Positions 10,757 through 18,690 of a stretch of 32,000 nt of DNA are shown piece after piece. The DNA is from Candidatus Saccharimonadota bacterium (lineage in GTDB: Bacteria; Bacteroidota; Bacteroidia; Flavobacteriales; Blattabacteriaceae): contig NZ_CP021172.1 in the NCBI RefSeq assembly GCF_002243425.1, forward strand, positions 186,035 to 218,034, in the 5' to 3' direction. Numbering within the stretch: position 1 is the first letter of the stretch; each line of letters opens with the position of its first letter. The position numbers and the translations under genes were made by a program. The notes beneath the pieces are model-generated. The model saw nothing but the letters and a program-made list of their open reading frames with translations, was not told the DNA's origin and searched no databases.

Positions 10757-11128
10757 ATGGAAAAAACTTTTAGAAAAAAAAAATATTATCTAGGAGAAGC
10801 TCATATTAAATCAACATATAATAATATTATAATAACATTAACAAATAAAAAAGGAGATGTTATTGCATGGTCTTCAGCAGGTAAAATGGGATTTAAAGGT
10901 TCTAAAAAAAATACGCCATATGCAGCTCAAATAACTGCAGAAGATGTGGCTGAAAAAGTATTAAATGCTGGAATAAAAAAATTAGAGGTAATAGTAAAGG
11001 GTCCGGGTTCAGGAAGAGATGCTGCTATTCGTGCATTAGTAAATCAAAATTTAATTTTATTAGTAATAAAAGATATGACCCCTATTCCCCATAATGGATG
11101 TAGACCTCCTAAAAAAAGAAGAATTTAA
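10757..11128 (+). CDS. rpsK: 30S ribosomal protein S11
   Basis: [44 protein letters not shown]...[15 protein letters not shown]. Confidence 0.96.
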   Translation: MEKTFRKKKYYLGEAHIKSTYNNIIITLTNKKGDVIAWSSAGKMGFKGSKKNTPYAAQITAEDVAEKVLNAGIKKLEVIVKGPGSGRDAAIRALVNQNLILLVIKDMTPIPHNGCRPPKKRRI

Positions 11129-11170
11129 ATTCTTAATATAAAAATTATTAAAATAATAATTATTAAAATA

Positions 11171-11755
11171 ATGGCAAGATATATAGGACCAAAAACTAAA
11201 ATTTCCCGTAAATTTGGAGAATTAATATATGGAAAGACTAATAAAAGTTTTGAAAAAAAAAAAAATACACCTGGTAAACATGCTAATAGTAGAAATATAA
11301 AAAAAACATTTTATTCAACTCAATTGTTGGAAAAACAAAAAATTAAATATACTTATGGTATATTAGAAAGACAATTTCTAAAAATGTTTTATAAAGCTTC
11401 AAAAAAAAAAGGAATTAAAGGTGAGATACTTTTACAATTATGTGAATCTAGGTTAGATAATATTGTTTATAGATTAAACCTCTCACATTCTAGACCTGAA
11501 GCAAGACAATTAGTATCACATCGTCATATTACTGTGAATGGTAAAATTGTAAATATACCTTCTTTTAATTTAAAACCAGGAGATAAAATTTCTTTAAAAG
11601 AAAAACATAAAGCAAATAAATTATTAGGCTTAGGCTCAGACTGGTTAAGTTGGGATAATGAGAAAATGATAGGTATCTTTAAATATATTCCAAAAAGAAA
11701 ACAAATTACTGATAATATTAATGAAAAATTAATAGTTGAATTATATTCTAAATAA
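11171..11755 (+). CDS. rpsD: 30S ribosomal protein S4
   Basis: MARYIGPKTKISRKFGE...ESRLDNIVYRLNLSHSRPEARQLVSHRHITVNGKIVNIPSF. Confidence 0.96.
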   Translation: MARYIGPKTKISRKFGELIYGKTNKSFEKKKNTPGKHANSRNIKKTFYSTQLLEKQKIKYTYGILERQFLKMFYKASKKKGIKGEILLQLCESRLDNIVYRLNLSHSRPEARQLVSHRHITVNGKIVNIPSFNLKPGDKISLKEKHKANKLLGLGSDWLSWDNEKMIGIFKYIPKRKQITDNINEKLIVELYSK

Positions 11756-11778
11756 TATAGTTAAAAATTTAATATAAA

Positions 11779-12492
11779 ATGTTTTTTTTAAAATTTAAAC
11801 AATCAAAAAATTTAAGAGTATTAAAATTAACTCCTGAAGAAGGATTATTTAAAATCGAACCGTTATTTCCTGGATGGGGAGTAACAATTGGAAATACTTT
11901 TAGAAGAGTGCTTTTATCTTCTTTAGAAGGATATGCAATATCGTCAGTTAAAATTGAAGGAGTAAATAATGAATTTTCTACGATAAGAGGGGTAATAGAA
12001 GATATGACAGAAATTATTTTAAATCTGAAAAAAGTACGTTTTAAAAAAAACAAAAAAAAAGAAAATTTTGAATCAGAAGTATTTCATATGATAATATCTA
12101 ATGATAAAGAAGAAATAACTGCTGGTGATTTAGGAAAATATATTAATAAATTTGATATATTAAATCCTGATTTAATCATTTTAAATAAACAAAAATTAAT
12201 ATCTTTAGATATAACTATTGTAATAAAAAAAGGTATAGGTTATGTACCTTCAGAAGAAAATAAAGAAAATTTGATAGGATCAATTCCAATGGATTCTATA
12301 TTTACTCCTATAAAGAATGTAAAATATAAAATAGATAACTGTAGTATAAATAAAAATTCAAACTATGAAAGTTTGTTATTAGAAATAAAAACTGATGGGT
12401 CTCTAAATCCTAGAGATGCATTAACCAATGCCTCTAATATATTAATACAACATTTAAAAATGTTTAGATATGAGACACGGAAAAAAAAATAA
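11779..12492 (+). CDS. rpoA: DNA-directed RNA polymerase alpha subunit, N-terminal (assembly) domain only; no alpha-CTD
   Basis: GVTIGNTFRRVLLSSLEGYAISSVKIEGVNNEFSTIRGVIEDMTEIILNLKKVRFK is alpha-NTD. The ORF stops at 237 aa, right after the NTD-terminal helix (PRDALTNASNILIQHLKMF), and rplQ starts inside its last 23 nt. Confidence 0.9.
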   Translation: MFFLKFKQSKNLRVLKLTPEEGLFKIEPLFPGWGVTIGNTFRRVLLSSLEGYAISSVKIEGVNNEFSTIRGVIEDMTEIILNLKKVRFKKNKKKENFESEVFHMIISNDKEEITAGDLGKYINKFDILNPDLIILNKQKLISLDITIVIKKGIGYVPSEENKENLIGSIPMDSIFTPIKNVKYKIDNCSINKNSNYESLLLEIKTDGSLNPRDALTNASNILIQHLKMFRYETRKKK

Positions 12493-12871
12493 TCATTTAG
12501 GAGTAAAGAGTTCTCATCGTAAATCAATGTTATCGAATATGGCTTTTTCTCTTCTAAAGAATAAGAGAATTATGACTACTTTAGCAAAAGCTAAAGCATT
12601 AAGAAATTATATTGAGCCTTTACTCACGAAAAGTAAAAAAAATACAATTCATTATAGACGTATAATTTATAAAAATTTTAATAATACTGTTTTAGAACTT
12701 TTAGAAAAAATATCATCAAAAATATATAATCGTACTGGAGGTTATACAAGAATTATCAAAACTGGATTTCGTGTAGGTGATTCTTCAGAAACTGCAATAA
12801 TTGAATTAGTTGATTATAATAATCATTATTATAAAAATTATGCAGCAGGTAGTTTTAAAATACCTTTATAA
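12470..12871 (+). CDS. rplQ: 50S ribosomal protein L17
   Basis: MRHGKKNNHLGVKSSHRKSMLSNMAFSLL...RTGGYTRIIKTGFRVGDSSETAIIELV. Confidence 0.95.
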   Translation: MRHGKKNNHLGVKSSHRKSMLSNMAFSLLKNKRIMTTLAKAKALRNYIEPLLTKSKKNTIHYRRIIYKNFNNTVLELLEKISSKIYNRTGGYTRIIKTGFRVGDSSETAIIELVDYNNHYYKNYAAGSFKIPL

Positions 12872-13623
12872 ACAAAGTTAACCTCCCCCTTTAAGAAAAT
12901 TTCTTTATAAGATTTAAGTAGTTTTTCAAACTTAACTTGTAAAGTTCCTCCTAAGGTTTGGACTATAATTTTATTATATAATAATTTTTTAATATTATAA
13001 GCTGCAATTGCAGAAGCAGTTACTCCAGTCCCACAGGAGTAAGTTTCATTTTCAACCCCACGTTCATAAGTTCTAACATTTAAAATGTTTTTTTTTACTT
13101 TAACAAAATTAACATTTACTCCTTTTTTTATATATTTTTGATTAAATCGTATTTTGATACCTTTATTATATACATTTAGATAATTTTTCTTATCTATAAA
13201 TAGAATATGATGAGGAGATCCTGTATTTATATATATATGTTTTTTATATACTTCCACAAGTTCAATATTTTTCAGATTTAATGACACAATATTTTTTGTT
13301 ATTGATGCATAATGAGAACCATCTATTGTTTTAAATAATGTATTAGTATTATTTATAATACCTATTTTTTTTGCAAAATGTACAGAACATCTTCCTCCAT
13401 TTCCACACATAGTTCCTTCTTTTCCATCAGAATTATAGTATTTCATATAAAAATCATATTTTTTAATTTTCTCAATTAAAATTAGACCATCAGCCCCAAT
13501 TCCCAAATTTCTATTACACATGTTTTTAATTATTTTTTCACTTAAAAGAAATAATTTTTCAGTATTATTAATTATAATAAAATCATTTCCTGTTGCTTTA
13601 TATTTAAAAAATATAATTTTCAT
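12838..13623 (-). CDS. dapF: Diaminopimelate epimerase
   Basis: MKIIFFKYKATGNDFIII, catalytic MCGNGGRC and YSCGTGVTASA motifs. ATG at 13623 is preferred to the track start at 13662. The 3' end overlaps rplQ convergently. Confidence 0.9.
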   Translation of the reverse strand: MKIIFFKYKATGNDFIIINNTEKLFLLSEKIIKNMCNRNLGIGADGLILIEKIKKYDFYMKYYNSDGKEGTMCGNGGRCSVHFAKKIGIINNTNTLFKTIDGSHYASITKNIVSLNLKNIELVEVYKKHIYINTGSPHHILFIDKKNYLNVYNKGIKIRFNQKYIKKGVNVNFVKVKKNILNVRTYERGVENETYSCGTGVTASAIAAYNIKKLLYNKIIVQTLGGTLQVKFEKLLKSYKEIFLKGEVNFVYKGILKLPAA

Positions 13624-13647
13624 ATTTTTTTTATTTAAAAAATATAA

Positions 13648-14550
13648 ATGAATGAATATCATATTCCTGTTTTATTAGATGAGATATTGTCTTTCTTAGT
13701 TAAAGAAAAAAATGGTATTTATATAGATACTACTTTTGGTGGTGGAGGGCATTCTTTATCATTATTAAATAAATTAAGTAATAAAGGTAGGGTAATTGCT
13801 TTTGATAAAGATATATATTCTATAAAAAATAATAAGATTATTGATGCAAGATTTAATCTTATTAAGACAAATTATAGATTTATAAAAAAAAAAATAAAAT
13901 TATTTAATATTAATAAGGTATCTGGTATATTAGCTGATTTAGGAATTTCTTCTCATCAAATAAATTCTCCAAAAAGAGGATTTTCAATTAGATATAATAG
14001 TATATTAGATATGAGAATGGATACTTATAATAAGATTAATGCCCAACATATAATAAATAATTATTCATATAATGAATTATATAATCTATTAATTAGATTT
14101 GGAGAAGTAAAAAATGCAAAGAATATATCAAAATTAATTCTAAAACATAGAAAAAAAAAATATATCAAATATACATTTGATCTAATCAATCTTTTAAATT
14201 TTTTTTATAAAAAAAAAAATAAATTTTTATCAAAAATATTTAAATCTATTCGAATAGAAGTAAATGATGAAATCAATGCATTAAAGGATTTATTAAAAAA
14301 CTCTTTATCAATATTAAAACCTGGAGGTAGAATTGCTGTGATCTCTTATCATTCTATAGAAGATAGAATTGTAAAAAAATTTTTAAAAACTGGAAATTTT
14401 AATGGAATAGTTCCATATGATGAATATGGGAATAATTTATCACCTTTAATTCTTTTAGAACCTAGAATAATTTTTTCTTCTAAAAAAGAAAAAAAAGAAA
14501 ATAACAGATCAAGAAGTGCTATATTAAGAATAGCGGAAAAAAAAATATAA
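13648..14550 (+). CDS. rsmH: 16S rRNA (cytosine1402-N4)-methyltransferase RsmH/MraW
   Basis: HIPVLLDEILSFL...DTTFGGGGHS...ADLGISSHQI...GFSIRYNSILDMRM...GGRIAVISYHSIEDRIVKKF. Confidence 0.92.
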   Translation: MNEYHIPVLLDEILSFLVKEKNGIYIDTTFGGGGHSLSLLNKLSNKGRVIAFDKDIYSIKNNKIIDARFNLIKTNYRFIKKKIKLFNINKVSGILADLGISSHQINSPKRGFSIRYNSILDMRMDTYNKINAQHIINNYSYNELYNLLIRFGEVKNAKNISKLILKHRKKKYIKYTFDLINLLNFFYKKKNKFLSKIFKSIRIEVNDEINALKDLLKNSLSILKPGGRIAVISYHSIEDRIVKKFLKTGNFNGIVPYDEYGNNLSPLILLEPRIIFSSKKEKKENNRSRSAILRIAEKKI

Positions 14551-14574
14551 CTTTTTTATTATAAATAAAAATCT

Positions 14575-14905
14575 AAAAACATACTAATAAGCCGGATTAT
14601 GTTATTTAATATTTTTTTTATCATTTATCTGTGATAAAAGTTACCTTTTACCTATATCTGCCCACCCCCCAAATTAATAGTTAAAGGGAAAACTACACTT
14701 TTTTTAAAAAAAAGTATCTGGTATACATGGCATTTCACAACACAGAGTTTACAATATTTCACTACAGCCAAACTGTACTTTATTTCTGTTGCACAATTCC
14801 TCATCTTACGATGGACGGTTATTACCCGATGTGTTCCCTTAATGTGTCCGGACTTTCCTCATTTTATTTAAAATATAAATAAATGCGATAAAGTAGTCTA
14901 CTTTT
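14575..14905 (-). ncRNA. rnpB: RNase P RNA (bacterial type A, compact)
   Basis: The minus strand carries both universal P4 strands: GAGGAAAGUCCGGAC (complement of ~14848-14862) and ACAUAAUCCGGCUUA (complement of ~14588-14602). An AU-only P3-like hairpin (AUUUAUUUA/UAAAUAAAAU) precedes the first. A P1 pairing AAAAGUAGACUA / UAGUAUGUUUUU defines the ends to within about 10 nt. Confidence 0.85.
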
Positions 14906-14911
14906 CTTTTT

Positions 14912-16007
14912 TTATTAAGATTGGTTATAATTTATAAAAATATTTCCAGCATAATATTTAAAAGTAAGATAAGAGTCTCTGTAATCACAAAATATATATC
15001 CTGTAAAACAATAATTCTTTACTAAAGAAATAGTTTTTTCCCAATTACAATCTTCATATAGATAAACAGTTAGGGCCTTCATCAATCACAGTTTCTAACT
15101 ATCACATTTACCACCAATAATAATATTACAATTATTCTCATTCTATAGATGAATTAATATTTTCTATTAATTTTTAGTTTCTATTAATTTTTAGACTTGT
15201 TTTCCATAAATATTTATAAGCTCTAGACACATTTATTTGGGATTCAAAAGCTCCATCTAAAAGTGCTTTAGATACTTCTTTTGGATTTGAATTAGGATGT
15301 ACCCATATAAAATTTTTATAAAAATATTTAAAAACAGAGCCTGTTACTCCTGAAAAATTAGGATGTTTTAATATCACATTTGATGTTGTTTTACAATTTG
15401 TTAATAAACAATTAATTACCCCATCAGGTAATCCAGATTTTTTAAAAATTTCCATTAAAACATTTGTATAATATAATTGTTTTTCAGATGGGATCCATAA
15501 TCCAACATTTCCCATAAGGGCTGGTAAAGATATATAAGTAAAATGAAATGGTGTTATAGCAACAACAAATCCTAAACGAGATTTCTCATTAAATATTTTA
15601 TTTGCATAAAATACATTAAATCTTAAAAAAGATATTAATTCACAAGCTGTGTCAGACTTATTTTTAGATTGACATATCATTGTTGCGGCATTAATTATAG
15701 ATCTATATGGACCAGAAATTAAATCAGCTGCTTTTAAAAAAATATAAGCTCTATCTGCCCAAGATATATTTGACCAATATTTATGAACTGATAAAGATGA
15801 ATTAATTGCATTATGAATATCTTTTTCTGATCCTTCATGCCAATATCCTATAATTTTTTTATTTTGGGTATAAATAGGATGTTTAATCCCACTAAAAATT
15901 TTTTCATTTCCAATATATTGAGGAATATCTATTTTAGAATTAAACATTTCATCATAATTTTTTTTTATCTCTATACGAGATAAGATATATGCATTTACTT
16001 TAAACAT
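14912..16007 (-). pseudogene. pruA: 1-pyrroline-5-carboxylate dehydrogenase (aldehyde dehydrogenase family) pseudogene
   Basis: The 277-aa ORF (15174-16007) keeps blocks such as RAYIFLKAADLISGPYRSIINAATMICQSKN, GFVVAITPFHFT, LMGNVGLWIPSEKQ and SGLPDGVIN. It has internal deletions that remove the catalytic Glu block (GETGGKD) and the Cys block (GQKCSA became SQINV). Downstream out-of-frame remnants read ETVIDEGP, then ALTVYLYEDCNWEKTISLVKNYCFTGYIFCDYRDSYLTFKYYAGNIFINYNQS*. Confidence 0.85.
15161..15194. repeat. Perfect 17-bp tandem duplication (TTTCTATTAATTTTTAG x2) at the premature stop of the pruA relic
   Basis: Read directly: copies at 15161-15177 and 15178-15194 are identical. The length is not a multiple of 3. 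Confidence 0.95.
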
Positions 16008-16082
16008 AAATAAATTTATATTATTTGACTTCCATAAGAGGATAATAAGGTTTTAAAATATCACCTATAGGATTATTTTTTT

Positions 16083-17174
16083 TTAAAATTTATTATTTTT
16101 TAATTTTTTATATTCGTTATTAAAATAGGTTATATCTCTAGTAGAAAGTTTTTTTACATTTACTTGTTTTAACAGAAAATTAGAAATTTTCTTTATACCT
16201 AAACATTCTTTAATAGTAGAATTAATTTGTTTACATAAACAAATGTCATAAGAAAATTTTACTTCAGTTTTAGATGGACTAATATTAAATTTACTAGGTT
16301 CCATAGTTAAAAAAATAAAATAAGAAGGATTATATTTTTTATTTATAAGGCCTTCATAAGAAGTAATGATAGCATCATGTATATTTTTATTTTTAATAAA
16401 CCGTTTATTTAAAAATAAATATTGTTCTAATTTATTAGATTTGTAATATTTAGGGTTTGTTATGTAACCTTGTAATTTAACTAAATTAGTAGTTTTTTTT
16501 ATTTTAATTAAAAATTTGTTTATTTTTTCCCCAAAAATCTGTATTATACGTTCTTTATATGAAGATGATTTTAAATCAAATAAAATTTTGTTATCATTTT
16601 CTAAATAAAAATTTATATCATTATGACTTAATACAAGTTTATAAAATTCATTAATAATATTTTTTAATTCTAATTTAGATGATTTTAAAAATTTTCTTTT
16701 AGCAGGAATATTATAAAATATATTTTTTATACATATGCTACACCCTTTATCCATTGCAATTGGCAATGGATTATATTTTAATTTTCCATTTTCTATAATA
16801 AGCCTTATTCCTAGATCTGATTCTATATATCTTGTCTCAATTTCTATCTGGGTTACAGAAGATATATAAGATAAAGCTTCTCCTCTAAATCCTTTAGTTG
16901 AAATCTTCAAAATATCTTCTATTTTATTTATTTTTGAAGTAGAATATCTCTCAAAACTTTTTATGGCATCATTTTTACTCATTCCTATACCATCATCTAT
17001 AATATGTATTATATTTTTTCCTCCATTTTTTAATATGATTTTAATATTTTTTGCATAAGCATCTATAGAATTTTCTAAAATTTCTTTTAATATTGATGAT
17101 GGATTATGTATTACATCTCCAGATGCTATTTTATTTGATACATTTTTTGATAAAAATTTGATTACATCAGTCAT
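16083..17174 (-). CDS. mutL: DNA mismatch repair protein MutL, N-terminal GHKL ATPase plus transducer region only (C-terminal dimerisation/endonuclease domain missing; possibly a decaying gene)
   Basis: ILKEILENSIDAYA, IIDDGIGM and TKGFRGEALSYISS motifs are intact. The ORF ends at 363 aa, and only 75 nt separate it from the pruA relic. Confidence 0.85.
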   Translation of the reverse strand: MTDVIKFLSKNVSNKIASGDVIHNPSSILKEILENSIDAYAKNIKIILKNGGKNIIHIIDDGIGMSKNDAIKSFERYSTSKINKIEDILKISTKGFRGEALSYISSVTQIEIETRYIESDLGIRLIIENGKLKYNPLPIAMDKGCSICIKNIFYNIPAKRKFLKSSKLELKNIINEFYKLVLSHNDINFYLENDNKILFDLKSSSYKERIIQIFGEKINKFLIKIKKTTNLVKLQGYITNPKYYKSNKLEQYLFLNKRFIKNKNIHDAIITSYEGLINKKYNPSYFIFLTMEPSKFNISPSKTEVKFSYDICLCKQINSTIKECLGIKKISNFLLKQVNVKKLSTRDITYFNNEYKKLKNNKF

Positions 17175-17212
17175 TTTATTATATATTTAAGTGGTTTGTA
17201 ACATATAATATT

Positions 17213-18553
17213 GTGAAACTCTGGCAAAAAAATTTTGTACTTAATAAAGAAATAGAATTTTTTACAGTAGGAAAAGATAGATATTTAGATTTATTTTTAG
17301 CACCTCTTGACGTTATAGGTACATTAGCACATATAATAATGTTAGAAACAATAGGTGTATTAAACATTAACGAATTAAATTCTTTAATTAAAGAATTACA
17401 TATTATTTATGATACAATCATATCTGGAAAATTTCAAATAGAGTATAATGTAGAAGATATACATTCTCAAATAGAATTAATGTTAACTAAACGTTTAGGA
17501 AAAATAGGTAAGAAAATACATAGTGGAAGATCTAGAAATGATCAAGTTTTATTAGATATAAAATTATTTATTCGTAAGAAAATACAAGAATTAGTATTTC
17601 TAATTAAAGATTTATTCAATGTCTTAATACATTTAAGTAATCGTTATAAACATATATTAATTCCTGGTTATACACATTATCAAATTGCTATGCCTTCTTC
17701 ATTTGGTTTATGGTTTGCCTCTTATGCAGAAAGTCTTATAGACGATATTTTTTTCTTAAAAAGCGCATATAATATTTCTAATAAAAATCCTTTAGGTTCA
17801 GCAGCTGGATTTGGATCATCTTTTCCATTAAATCGGAAACTTACAACAGAGATTTTAGGTTTTGAAGATTTAAATTATAATGTAGTATATGCACAAATGT
17901 GTAGAGGTAAAACAGAACGTATAGTTTCACAAGCTATTTCATCAATAGCTAATACTATTAGTAAAATATCTCAAGATATATGTTTATATATGAGTAAGAA
18001 TTTTGATTTTTTTTCTTTACCTGAAAATTTAACTACAGGATCTAGCATAATGCCACACAAAAAAAATCCAGATGTATTTGAATTAATAAGATCTAGATGT
18101 AATCAAATGATTTCTTTACCTAATCAAATATCAATTATAACTACTAATCTTCCTTCAGGATATCATAGAGATTTACAAACTATTAAAGAAATTTTTTTAC
18201 CAGTATTTGATGAAATAAAAAAAATAATATTAATATTTACATATATGCTTAAAAAACTAATTATAAATAAAAATATAATATATGAAAATAAATATAAATA
18301 TTTGTTTAGTGTAGAAGTTGTTAATTCTTTAGTTAAAGATGGGATTTCATTTAGAGAAGCATATAAAAAAGTGGGACTAGATATCCAAAAAGGAGATTTT
18401 ACCCCTATTACTGATATAAAACATTCTCATGAAGGAAGTATAGGAAATTTATGTAATAAAAAACTAAAATATATAATGATAAAATTAATAACAAATTTTA
18501 AATTTGAGGCTGTTAATAACGCAATTAATAAATTATTAATAACAAAAAAGTGA
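17213..18553 (+). CDS. argH: Argininosuccinate lyase
   Basis: (GTG)KLWQKNF..., HSGRSRNDQV, and the GSSIMPHKKNPDVFELIR signature. The start codon is GTG at 17213. Confidence 0.94.
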   Translation: MKLWQKNFVLNKEIEFFTVGKDRYLDLFLAPLDVIGTLAHIIMLETIGVLNINELNSLIKELHIIYDTIISGKFQIEYNVEDIHSQIELMLTKRLGKIGKKIHSGRSRNDQVLLDIKLFIRKKIQELVFLIKDLFNVLIHLSNRYKHILIPGYTHYQIAMPSSFGLWFASYAESLIDDIFFLKSAYNISNKNPLGSAAGFGSSFPLNRKLTTEILGFEDLNYNVVYAQMCRGKTERIVSQAISSIANTISKISQDICLYMSKNFDFFSLPENLTTGSSIMPHKKNPDVFELIRSRCNQMISLPNQISIITTNLPSGYHRDLQTIKEIFLPVFDEIKKIILIFTYMLKKLIINKNIIYENKYKYLFSVEVVNSLVKDGISFREAYKKVGLDIQKGDFTPITDIKHSHEGSIGNLCNKKLKYIMIKLITNFKFEAVNNAINKLLITKK

Positions 18554-18624
18554 CCCCGAAGGGAGTTGAACCCCCAACCTTCTAATCCGTAGTTAGATAC
18601 TCTATCCAATTAAGCTACGAGGCC
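18551..18624 (-). tRNA. tRNA-Arg (anticodon ACG)
   Basis: Hand-folded 74-nt cloverleaf. Acceptor GGCCUCG/CGGGGUC, D-stem GCUU/GAGU, anticodon stem UCUAA/UUAGA with loop CUACGGA, T-arm GGGGG-UUCAACU-CCCUU, discriminator A. No encoded CCA. Confidence 0.92.
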
Positions 18625-18690
18625 TTTTTTACATTTAGTTAAAACATAATAAAATAATATAAATTAAATTTATTATAATAATATAAATTA

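Noticed and set aside
12481-12489. Programmed frameshift at the A9 run fusing RpoA to L17.
   Set aside because: Both proteins are complete in their own frames (L17 starts with the canonical MRHGKK). Nothing beyond the homopolymer suggests recoding.
18654-18690. Direct repeat ATAATATAAATTA (18654-18666 and 18678-18690) upstream of pdhA as a regulatory repeat.
   Set aside because: It is pure A/T low-complexity sequence in an AT-saturated spacer, so it is not distinguishable from chance.
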